Below are positions 39,401-51,200 of a stretch of 64,000 bases of DNA, piece by piece. Origin of the DNA: Eledone cirrhosa (taxonomy: Eukaryota). Each line of letters begins with the position of its first letter. The stretch's first letter is position 1. The notes beneath the pieces were generated by a model. The model saw nothing but the letters and a program-made list of their open reading frames with translations. It did no database searches and was not told where the DNA came from. The position numbers were made by a program, and so were the translations under genes. The stretch covers positions 1,922,001 through 1,986,000 of the forward strand of contig OZ024756.1 in the NCBI GenBank assembly GCA_964016885.1. Reading direction: 5' to 3'.

Positions 39401-42399
39401 AAGTGTCAGGGATCTGGTCCTCTGTCTTGCTGTCTTCAGTACATCTATGAAGTGTGCAGTGTCAGTGATCTGGTCCTCTGTCTTGCTGTCTTCAGTACAT
39501 CTATGAAGTGTGCAGTGTCAGTGATCTGGTCCTCTGTCCTGCTGTCTTCAGTACATCTATGAAGTGTGCAGAGTCAGTGATCTGGTCCTCTGTGTTGCTG
39601 TCTTCAGTACATTTATGAAGTGTGCAGTGTCAGTGATCTGGTCATCTGTCTTGCTGTCTTCAGTTCATCTATGAAGTGTGCAGTGTCAGTGATCTGGTCC
39701 TCTGTCTTGCTGTCTTCAGTTCATCTATGAAGTGTGCAGTGTCAGGGATCTCGTCCTCTGTCTTGCTGTCTTCAGTTCATCTATGAAGTGTGCAGTGTCA
39801 GTGATCTGGTCCTCTGTCTTGCTGTCTTCAGTACATCTATGAAGTGTGCAGTGTCAGTGATCTGGTCCTCTGTCTTGCTGTCTTCAGTTCATCTATGAAG
39901 TATGCAGTGTCAGTGATCTGGTCCTCCATCTTGCTGTCTTCAGTACATCTATGAAGTGTGCAGTGTCAGTAATCTGGTCCTCTATCTTGCTGTCTTCAGT
40001 ACATCTATGAAGTGTGCAGTGTCAGGGATCTGGTCCTCTGTCTTGCTGTCTTCAGTTCATCTATGAAGTGTGCAGTGTCAGTGATCTGGTCCTCTGTCTT
40101 GCTGTCTTCAGTACATCTATGAAGTGTGCAGTGTCAGTGATCTGGTCCTCGGTCTTGCTGTCTTCAGTTCATCTATGAAGTGTGCAGTGTCAGTGATCTG
40201 GTCCTCTGTCTTGCTGTCTTCAGTTCATCTATGAAGTGTGCAGTGTCAGTGATCTGGTCCTCTGTCTTGCTGTCTTCAGTACATCTATGAAGTGTGCAGT
40301 GTCAGTGATCTGGTCCTGTCTTGCTGTCTTCAGTACATCTATGAAGTGTGCAGTGTCAGTGATCTGGTCCTCTGTCTTGCTGTCTTCAGTTTATCTATGA
40401 AGTGTGCAGTGTCAGTGATCTGGTCCTCTGTCTTGCTGTCTTCAGTACATCTATGAAGTGTGCAGTGTCAGTGATCTCGTCCTCTGTCTTGCTGCCTTCA
40501 GTACATCTATGAAGTGTGCAGTCTCAGTGATCTGGTCCTCTGTCTTGCTGTCTTCAGTTCATCTATGAAGTGTGCAGTGTCAGTGATCTGGTCCTCTGTC
40601 TTGCTGTCTTCAGTTCATCTATGAAGTATGCAGTGTCAGTGATCTCGTCCTCTGTCTTGCTGTCTGCAGTACATCTATGAAGTGTTCAGTGTCAGTGATC
40701 TGGTCCTCTGTCTTGCTGTCTTCAGTACATCTGTGAACTTTGTAGTGTCAGTGATCAGATCCTCTGTCTTGCTGTCTTCAGTACATCTATGTAGTGTGCA
40801 GTGTCAGTGATCTGGTCCTCTGTCGTGCTGTCTTGAGTACATCTATGAAGTGTGCAGTGTCAGTGATCTGGTCCTCTGTCTTGCTGTCTTCAGTTCATTT
40901 ATGAAGTGTGCAGTGTCAGTGATCTGGTCCTCTGTCTTGCTGTCTTCAGTACATCTGTGAAGTTTGTAGTGTCAGTGATCAGGTCCTCTGTCTTGCTGTC
41001 TTCAGTACATCTATGTAGTGTGCAGTGTCAGTGATCAGGTCCTCTGTCTTCCTGTCTTCAGTACATCTGTGAAGTGTGTAGTGTCAGTGATCAGGTCCTC
41101 TGTCTTGCTGTCTTAAGTACATCTATGTAGTGTGCAGTGTCAGTAATCAGGTCCTCTGTCTTGCTGTCTTCAGTACATCTATGAAGTGTGCAGTGTCAGT
41201 GATCTGGTCCTCTGTCTTGCTGTCTTCAGTACTTCTATGAAATGTGCAGTGTCAGTGATCTGGTCCTCTGTCTTGCTGTCTTCAGTACATCTATGAAGTG
41301 TGCAGTGTCAGTGATCTGGTCCTCTGTCTTGCTGTCTTCAGTACATCTATGAAGTGTGCAGTGTCAGTGATCTGGTCCTCTGTCTTGCTGTCTTCAGTTC
41401 ATCTATGAAGTATGCAGTGTCAGTGACCTTGTCCTCCATCTTGCTGTCTTCAGTACATCTATGAAGTGTGCAGTGTCAGTAATCTGGTCCTCTATCTTGC
41501 TGTCTTCAGTACATCTATGAAGTGTGCAGTGTCAGGGATCTGGTCCTCTGTCTTGCTGTCTTCAGTTCATTTATGAAGTGTGCAGTGTCAGTGATCTGGT
41601 CCTCTGTCTTGCTGTCTTCAGTACATCTGTGAAGTTTGTAGTGTCAGTGATCAGGTCCTCCATCTTGCTGTCTTCAGTACATCTATGAAGTGTGCAGTGT
41701 CAGTAATCTGGTCCTCTATCTTGCTGTCTTCAGTACATCTATGAAGTGTGTAGTGTCAGTGATCAGGTCCTCTGTCTTGCTGTCTTAAGTACATCTATGT
41801 AGTGTGCAGTGTCAGTGATCAGGTCCTCTGTCTTGCTGTCTTCAGTACATCTATGAAGTGTGCAGTGTCAGTGATCTGGTCCTCTGTCTTGCTGTCTTCA
41901 GTACTTCTATGAAATATGCAGTGTCAGTGATCTGGTCCTCTGTCTTGCTGTCTTCAGTACATCTATGAAGTGTGCAGTGTCAGTGATCTGGTCCTCTGTC
42001 TTGCTGTCTTCAGTACATCTATGAAGTGTGCAGTGTCAGTGATCTGGTCCTCTGTCTTGCTGTCTTCAGTTCATCTATGAAGTATGCAGTGTCAGTGACC
42101 TGGTCCTCCATCTTGCTGTCTTCAGTACATCTATGAAGTGTGCAGTGTCAGTAATCTGGTCCTCTATCTTGCTGTCTTCAGTACATCTATGAAGTGTGCA
42201 GTGTCAGGGATCTGGTCCTCTGTCTTGCTGTCTTCAGTTCATCTATGAAGTGTGCAGTGTCAGTGATCTGGTCCTCTGTCTTGCTGTCTTCAGTACATCT
42301 ATGAAGTGTGCAGTGTCAGTGATCTGGTCCTCGGTCTTGCTGTCTTCAGTTCATCTATGAAGTGTGCAGTGTCAATGATCTGGTCCTCTGTCTTGCTGT

Positions 42400-44800
42400 C
42401 TTCAGTTCATCTATGAAGTATGCAGTGTCAGTGATCTCGTCCTCTGTCTTGCTGTCTGCAGTACATCTATGAAGTGTTCAGTGCCAGTGATCTGGTCCTC
42501 TGTCTTGCTGTCTTCAGTACATCTGTGAACTTTGTAGTGTCAGTGATCAGATCCTCTGTCTTGCTGTCTTCAGTACATCTATGTAGTGTGCAGTGTCAGT
42601 GATCTGGTCCTCTGTCGTGCTGTCTTCAGTACATCTATGAAGTGTGCAGTGTCAGTGATCTGGTCCTCTGTCTTGCTGTCTTCAGTTCATTTATGAAGTG
42701 TGCAGTGTCAGTGATCTGGTCCTCTGTCTTGCTGTCTTCAGTACATCTGTGAAGTTTGTAGTGTCAGTGATCAGGTCCTCTGTCTTGCTGTCTTCAGTAC
42801 ATCTATGTAGTGTGCAGTGTCAGTGATCAGGTCCTCTGTCTTCCTGTCTTCAGTACATCTGTGAAGTGTGTAGTGTCAGTGATCAGGTCCTCTGTTTTGC
42901 TGTCTTAAGTACATCTATGTAGTGTGCAGTGTCAGTGATCAGGTCCTCTGTCTTGCTGTCTTCAGTACATCTATGTAGTGTGCAGTGTCAGTGATCTGGT
43001 CCTCTGTCTTGCAGTCTTCAGTACATCTATGAAGTGTGCAGTGTCAGGGATCTGGTCCGCTGTCTTGCTGTCTTCAGTTCATCTATGAAGTGTGCAGTGT
43101 CAGTGATCTCGTCCTCTGTCTTGCTGTCTTCAGTACATCTATGAATTGTGCAGTGTCACTGATCTCGTCCTCTGTCTTGCTGTCTTCAGTACATCTATGA
43201 AGTGTGCAGTGTCAGTGATCTGGTCCTCTGTCTTGCTGTCTGCAGTTCATCTATGAAGTGTGCAGTGTCAGTGATCTGGTCCTCTGTCTTGCTGTCTTCA
43301 GTACATCTATGAAGTGTGCAGTGTCAGTGATCTGGTCCTCGGTCTTGCTGTCTTCAGTTCATCTATGAAGTGTGCAGTGTCAGTGATCTGGTCCTCTGTC
43401 TTGCTGTCTTCAGTTCATCTATGAAGTGTGCAGTGTCAGTGATCTGGTCCTCTGTCTTGCTGTCTTCAGTACATCTATGAAGTGTGCAGTGTCAGTGATC
43501 TGGTCCTGTCTTGCTGTCTTCAGTACATCTATGAAGTGTGCAGTGTCAGTGATCTGGTCCTCTGTCTTGCTGTCTTCAGTTCATCTATGAAGTATGCAGT
43601 GTCAGTGATATGGTCCTCTGTCTTGCTGTCTTCAGTACATCTATGAAGTGTGCAGTGTCAGTGATCTGGTCCTCTGTCTTGCTGTCTTCAGTTTATCTAT
43701 GAAGTGTGCAGTGTCAGTGATCTACTCCTCTGTCTTGCTGTCTTCAGTACATCTATGAAGTGTGCAGTGTCAGTGATCTCGTCCTCTGTCTTGCTGCCTT
43801 CAGTACATCTATGAAGTGTGCAGTCTCAGTGATCTGGTCCTCTGTCTTGCTGTCTTCACTTCATCTATGAAGTGTGCAGTGTCAGTGATCTGGTCCTCTG
43901 TCTTGCTGTCTTCAGTTCATCTATGAAGTATGCAGTGTCAGTGATCTCGTCCTCTGTCTTGCTGTCTGCAGTACATCTATGAAGTGTTCAGTGCCAGTGA
44001 TCTGGTCCTCTGTCTTGCTGTCTTCAGTACATCTGTGAACTTTGTAGTGTCAGTGATCAGATCCTCTGTCTTGCTGTCTTCAGTACATCTATGTAGTGTG
44101 CAGTGTCAGTGATCTGGTCCTCTGTCGTGCTGTCTTCAGTACATCTATGAAGTGTGCAGTGTCAGTGATCTGGTCCTCTGTCTTGCTGTCTTCAGTTCAT
44201 TTATGAAGTGTGCAGTGTCAGTGATCTGGTCCTCTGTCTTGCTGTCTTCAGTACATCTGTGAAGTTTGTAGTGTCAGTGATCAGGTCCTCTGTCTTGCTG
44301 TCTTCAGTACATCTATGTAGTGTGCAGTGTCAGTGATCAGGTCCTCTGTCTTCCTGTCTTCAGTACATCTGTGAAGTGTGTAGTGTCAGTGATCAGGTCC
44401 TCTGTTTTGCTGTCTTAAGTACATCTATGTAGTGTGCAGTGTCAGTGATCAGGTCCTCTGTCTTGCTGTCTTCAGTACATCTATGTAGTGTGCAGTGTCA
44501 GTGATCTGGTCCTCTGTCTTGCAGTCTTCAGTACATCTATGAAGTGTGCAGTGTCAGGGATCTGGTCCGCTGTCTTGCTGTCTTCAGTTCATCTATGAAG
44601 TGTGCAGTGTCAGTGATCTCGTCCTCTGTCTTGCTGTCTTCAGTACATCTATGAATTGTGCAGTGTCACTGATCTCGTCCTCTGTCTTGCTGTCTTCAGT
44701 ACATCTATGAAGTGTGCAGTGTCAGTGATCTGGTCCTCTGTCTTGCTGTCTGCAGTTCATCTATGAAGTGTGCAGTGTCAGTGATCTGGTCCTCTGTCTT
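42400..44800. repeat. Duplication at 27-monomer offset (1510 bp = 27x56-2)
   Basis: gtgCcag 42484/43994, ctgtTtt 42896/44406, gcAgtc 43013/44523, ccGctg 43059/44569, gtcaCtg 43159/44669. Confidence 0.9.
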
Positions 44801-47760
44801 GCTGTCTTCAGTACATCTATGTAGTGTGCAGTGTCAGTGATCTGGTCCTCTGTCTTGCTGTCTTCAGTACATCTATGAAGTGTGCAGTGTCAGTGATCTG
44901 GTCCTCTGTCTTGCTGTCTTCAGTTCATCTATGAAGTGTGCAGTGTCAGTGATCTCGTCCTCTGTCTTGCTGTCTTCAGTTCATCTATGAAGTGTGCAGT
45001 GTCAGTGATCTGGTCCTCTGTCTTGCTGTCTTCAGTTCATCTATGAAGTGTGCAGTGTCAGGGATCTGGTCCTCTGTCTTGCTGTCTTCAGTTCATCTAT
45101 GAAGTGTGCAGTGTCAGTGATCTGTTCCTCTGTCTTGCTGTCTTCAGTACATCTATGAAGTGTGCAGTGTCAGTGATCTGGTCCTCTGTCTTGCTGTCTT
45201 CAGTTCATCTATGAAGTGTGCAGTGTCAGTGATCTGGTCCTCTGTCTTGCTGTCTTCAGTTCACCTATGAAGTGTGCAGTGTCAGTGATCTGGTCCTCTG
45301 TCTTGCTGTCTTCAGTTCATCCATGAAGTGTGCAGTGTCAGTGATCTGGTCCTCTGTCTTGCTGTCTTCAGTTCATCTGTGAAGTGTGCAGTGTCAGTGA
45401 TCTGGTCCTCTGTCTTGCTGTCTTCAGTACATCTATGAAGTGTGCAGTGTCAGTGATCTGGTCCTCTGTCTTGCTGTCTTCATTTCATCTATGAAGTGTG
45501 CAGTGTCAGTGATCTGGTCCTCCGTCTTGCTGTTTTCAGTACATCTATGAAGTGTGCAGTGTCAGGGATCTGGTCCTCTGTCTTGCTGTCTTCAGTTCAT
45601 CTATGAAGTGTGCAGTGTCAGTGATCTCGTCCTCTGTCTTGCTGTCTTCAGTACATCTATGAAGTGTGCAGTGTCAGTGATCTGGTCCTCTGTCTTGCTG
45701 TCTTCAGTACATCTATGAAGTGTGCAGTGTCAGTGATCTGGTCCTCTGTCTTGCTGTCTTCAGTACATCTATGAAGTGTGCAGTGTCAGGGATCTGGTCC
45801 TTTGTCTTGCTGTCTTCAGTTCATCTATGAAGTGTGCAGTGTCAGTGATCTCGTCCTCTGTCTTGCTGTCTTCAGTACATCTATGAAGTGTGCAGTGTCA
45901 GTGATCTCGTCCTCTGTCTTGCTGTCTTCAGTACATCTATGAAGTGTGCAGTGTCAGTGATCTGGTCCTCTGTCTGGCTGTCTGCAGTTCATCGATGAAG
46001 TGTGCAGTGTCAGTGATCTCGTCCTCTGTCTTGCTGTCTTCAGTACATCTATGAAGTGTGCAGTGTCAGTGATCTGGTCCTCTGTCTTGCTGTCTTCAGT
46101 ACATCTATGAAGTGTGCAGTGTCAGTGATCTGGTCCTCTGTCTTGCTGTCTTCAGTTCATCTATGAAGTGTGCAGTGTCAGTGATCTCGTCCTCTGTCTT
46201 GCTGTCTTCAGTTCATCTATGAAGTGTGCAGTGTCAGTGATCTGGTCCTCTGTCTTGCTGTCTTCAGTTTATCTATGAAGTGTGCAGTGTCAGGGATCTG
46301 GTCCTCTGTCTTGCTGTCTTCAGTTCATCTATGAAGTGTGCAGTGTCAGTGATCTGTTCCTCTGTCTTGCTGTCTTCAGTACATCTATGAAGTGTGCAGT
46401 GTCAGTGATCTGGTCCTCTGTCTTGTCGTCTTCAGTTCATCTATGAAGTGTGCAGTGTCAGTGATCTGGTCCTCTGTCTTGCTGTCTTCAGTTCATCTAT
46501 GAAGTGTGCAGTGTCAGTGATCTGGTCCTCTGTCTTGCTGTCTTCAGTACATCTATGAAGTGTGCAGTGTCAGTGATCTGGTCCTCTGTCTTGCTGTCTT
46601 CAGTACATCTATGAAGTGTGCAGTGTCAGTGATCTGGTCCTCTGTCTTGCTGTCTTCAGTTCATCTGTGAAGTGTGCAGTGTCAGTGATCTGGTCCTCTG
46701 TCTTGCTGTCTTCAGTACATCTATGAAGTGTGCAGTGTCAGTGATCTGGTCCTCTGTCTTGCTGTCTTCAGTTCATCTATGAAGTGTGCAGTGTCAGTGA
46801 TCTGGTCCTCCGTCTTGCTGTTTTCAGTACATCTATGAAGTGTGCAGTGTCAGGGATCTGGTCCTCTGTCTTGCTGTCTTCAGTTCATCTATGAAGTGTG
46901 CAGTGTCAGTGATCTCGTCCTCTGTCTTGCTGTCTTCAGTACATCTATGAAGTGTGCAGTGTCAGTGATCTGGTCCTCTGTCTTGCTGTCTTCAGTACAT
47001 CTATGAAGTGTGCAGTGTCAGTGATCTGGTCCTCTGTCTTGCTGTCTTCAGTACATCTATGAAGTGTGCAGTGTCAGGGATCTGGTCCTCTGTCTTGCTG
47101 TCTTCAGTTCATCTATGAAGTGTGCAGTGTCAGTGATCTCGTCCTCTGTCTTGCTGTCTTCAGTACATCTATGAAGTGTGCAGTGTCAGTGATCTGGTCC
47201 TCTGTCTTGCTGTCTTCAGTACATCTATGAAGTGTGCAGTGTCAGTGATCTGGTCCTCTGTCTTGCTGTCTGCAGTTCATCTATGAAGTGTGCAGTGTCA
47301 GTGATCTGGTCCTCTGTCTTGCTGTCTTCAGTACATCTATGAAGTGTGCAGTGTCAGTGATCTGGTCCTCTGTCTTGCTGTCTTCAGTACATCTATGAAG
47401 TGTGCAGTGTCAGTGATCTGGTCCTCTGTCTTGCTGTCTTCAGTTCATCTATGAAGTGTGCAGTGTCAGTGATCTCGTCCTCTGTCTTGCTGTCTTCAGT
47501 TCATCTATGAAGTGTGCAGTGTCAGTGATCTGGTCCTCTGTCTTGCTGTCTTCAGTTTATCTATGAAGTGTGCAGTGTCAGGGATCTGGTCCTCTGTCTT
47601 GCTGTCTTCAGTTCATCTATGAAGTGTGCAGTGTCAGTGATCTGTTCCTCTGTCTTGCTGTCTTCAGTACATCTATGAAGTGTGCAGTGTCAGTGATCTG
47701 GTCCTCTGTCTTGTTGTCTTCAGTTCATCTATGAAGTGTGCAGTGTCAGTGATCTGGTCC
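44600..47760. repeat. Approximately three copies of a 22/23-monomer block in a near-consensus domain
   Basis: ctgTtcc occurs at 45125/46357/47645 (1232 and 1288 bp), with recurring tctGcagtt and ccgtcttgctgtTtt markers. Confidence 0.75.
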
Positions 47761-48299
47761 TCTGTCTTGCTGTCTTCAGTTCATCTATGAAATGTGCAGT
47801 GTCAGTGATCTGGTCCTCTGTCTTGCTGTCTTCAGTACATCTATGAAGTGTGCAGTGTCAGTGATCTGGTCCTCTGTCTTGCTGTCTTCAGTTCATATAT
47901 GAATTATGCAGTGTCAGTGATCTGGTCCTCTGTCTTGCTGTCTTCAGTACATCTATGAAGTGTGCAGTGTCAGTGATCTCGTCCTCTGTCTTGCTGTCTT
48001 CAGTACATCTATGAAGTGTGCAGTGTCAGTGATCTCGTCCTCTGTCTTGCTGTTTTCAGTACATCTATGAAGTGTGCAGTGTCAGTTATCTGGTCCTCTG
48101 TCTTGCTGTCTTCAGTTCATCTATGAAGTGTGCAGTGTCAGTGATCAGGTCCTCTGTCTTGCTGTCTTCAGTTCATCTATGAAGTGTGAAGTGTCAGTGA
48201 TCAGCTCCTCTGTCTTGCTGTCTTCAGTACATCTATGAAGTGTGCAGTGTCAGGGATCTGGTCCTCTGTCTTGCTGTCTTCAGTACATCTATGAAGTGT

Positions 48300-51200
48300 G
48301 CAGTGTCAGTGATCTGGTCCTCTGTCTTGCTGTCTTCAGTACATCTATGAAGTGTGCAGTGTCAGTGATCTGGTCCTCTGTCTTGCTGTCTTCAGTTCAT
48401 CTATGAAGTGTGCAGTGTCAGTGATCAGGTCCTCTGTCTTGCTGTCTTCAGTATATCAATGAAATGTGCAGTGTCAGTGATCTGGTCCTCCGTCTTGCTG
48501 TCTTCAGTACATCTATGAAGTGTGCAGTGTCAGTGATCTGGTCCTCTGTCTTGCTGTCTTCAGTACATCTATGAAGTGTGCAGTGTCAGTGATCTGGTCC
48601 TCTGTCTTGCTGTCTTCTGTACATTTATGAAGTGTGCAGTGTCAGTGATCTGGTCATCTGTCTTGCTGTCTTCAGTACATCTATGAAGTGTGCAGTGTCA
48701 GTGATCTGGTCCTCTGTCTTGCTGTCTTCAGTTCATCTATGAAGTGTGCAGTGTCAGGGATCTGGTCCTCTGTCTTGCTGTCTTCAGTTCATCTATGAAG
48801 TGTGCAGTGTCAGTGATCTGGTCCTCTGTCTTGCTGTCTTCAGTACATCTATGAAGTGTGCAGTGTCAGTGATCTGGTCCTCCATCCTGCTGTTTTCAGT
48901 ACATCTATGAAGTGTGAAGTGTCAGTGATCTGGTCCTCTGTCTTGCTGTCTTCAGTACATCTATGAAGTGTGCAGTGTCAGTGATCTGGTCCTCTGTCTT
49001 GCTGTCTTCAGTACATCTATGAAGTGTGCAGTGTCAGTGATCTGGTCCTCTGTCTTGCTGTCTTCAGTTCATCTATGAAGTGTGCAGTGTCAGTGATCTC
49101 TTCCTCTGTCTTGCTGTCTTCAGTACATCTATGAAGTGTGCAGTGTCAGTGATCTGGTCCTCTGTCTTGTTGTCTTCAGTTCATCTATGAAGTGTGCAGT
49201 GTCAGTGATCTGGTCCTCAGTCTTGCTGTCTTCAGTTCATCTATGAAATGTGCAGTGTCAGTGATCTGGTCCTCTGTCTTGCTGTCTTCAGTACATCTAT
49301 GAAGTGTGCAGTCTCAGTGATCTGGTCCTCTGTCTTGCTGTCTTCAGTTCATATATGAATTATGCAGTGTCAGTGATCTGGTCCTCTGTCTTGCTGTCTT
49401 CAGTACATCTATGAAGTGTGCAGTGTCAGTGATCTGGTCCTCTGTCTTGCTGTCTTCAGTTCATCTATGAAGTGTGCAGTGTCAGTGATCTGGTCCTCTG
49501 TCTTGCTGTCTTCAGTACATCTATGAAGTGTGCAGTGTCAGTGATCTCGTCCTCTGTCTTGCTGTCTTCAGTACATCTATGAAGTGTGCAGTGTCAGTGA
49601 TCTCGTCCTCTGTCTTGCTGTCTTCAGTACATCTATGAAGTTTGCAGTGTCAGGGATCTCGTCCTCTGTCTTGCTGTTTTCAGTACATCTATGAAGTGTG
49701 CAGTGTCAGTTATCTGGTCCTCTGTCTTGCTGTCTTCAGTTCATCTATGAAGTGTGCAGTGTCAGTGATCAGGTCCTCTGTCTTGCTGTCTTCAGTTCAT
49801 CTATGAAGTGTGAAGTGTCAGTGATCAGCTCCTCTGTCTTGCTGTCTTCAGTACATCTATGAAGTGTGCAGTGTCAGGGATCTGGTCCTCTGTCTTGCTG
49901 TCTTCAGTACATCTATGAAGTGTGCAGTGTCAGTGATCTGGTCCTCTGTCTTGCTGTCTTCAGTACATCTATGAAGTGTGCAGTGTCAGTGATCTGGTCC
50001 TCTGTCTTGCTGTCTTCAGTTCATCTATGAAGTGTGCAGTGTCAGTGATCAGGTCCTCTGTCTTGCTGTCTTCAGTATATCAATGAAGTGTGCAGTGTCA
50101 GTGATCTGGTCCTCCGTCTTGCTGTCTTCAGTACATCTATGAAGTGTGCAGTGTCAGTGATCTGGTCCTCTGTCTTGCTGTCTTCAGTACATCTATGAAG
50201 TGTGCAGTGTCAGTGATCTGGTCCTCTGTCTTGCTGTCTTCTGTACATTTATGAAGTGTGCAGTGTCAGTGATCTGGTCCTCTGTCTTGCTGTCTTCAGT
50301 ACATCTATGAAGTGTACAGTGTCAGTGATCTGGTCCTCGGTCTTGCTGTCTTCAGTTCATCTATGAAGTGTGCAGTGACAGTGATCTGGTCCTCTGTCTT
50401 GCTGTCTTCAGTTCATCTATGAAGTGTGCAGTGTCAGTGATCTGGTCCTCTGTCTTGCTGTCTTCAGTACATCTATGAAGTGTGCAGTGTCAGTGATCTG
50501 GTCCTGTCTTGCTGTCTTCAGTACATTTATGAAGTGTGCAGTGTCAGTGATCTGGTCCTCTGTCTTGCTGTCTTCAGTTCATCTATGAAGTATGCAGTGT
50601 CAGTGATCTGGTCCTCTGTCTTGCTGTCTTCAGTACATCTATGAAGTGTGCAGTGTCAGTGATCTGGTCCTCTGTCTTGCTGTCTTCAGTACATCTATGA
50701 AGTGTGCAGTGTCAGTGATCTGGTCCTCTGTCTTGCTGTCTTCAGTACATCTATGAAGTGTGCAGTGTCAGTGATCTCGTCCTCTGTCTTGCTGTCTTCA
50801 GTACATCTATGAAGTGTGCAGTGTCAGTGATCTGGTCCTCTGTCTTGCTGTCTTCAGTTCATCTATGAAGTGTGCAGTGTCAGTGATCTGGTCCTCTGTC
50901 TTGCTGTCTTCAGTTCATCTATGAAGTATGCAGTGTCAGTGATCTCGTCCTCTGTCTTGCTGTCTGCAGTACATCTATGAAGTGTGCAGTGTCAGTGATC
51001 TGGTCCTCTGTCTTGCTGTCTTCAGTTCATCTATGAAGTGTGCAGTGTCAGTGATCAGGTCCTCTGTCTTGCTGTCTTCAGTATATCAATGAAGTGTGCA
51101 GTGTCAGTGATCTGGTCCTCCGTCTTGCTGTCTTCAGTACATCTATGAAGTGTGCAGTGTCAGTGATCTGGTCCTCTGTCTTGCTGTCTTCAGTACATCT

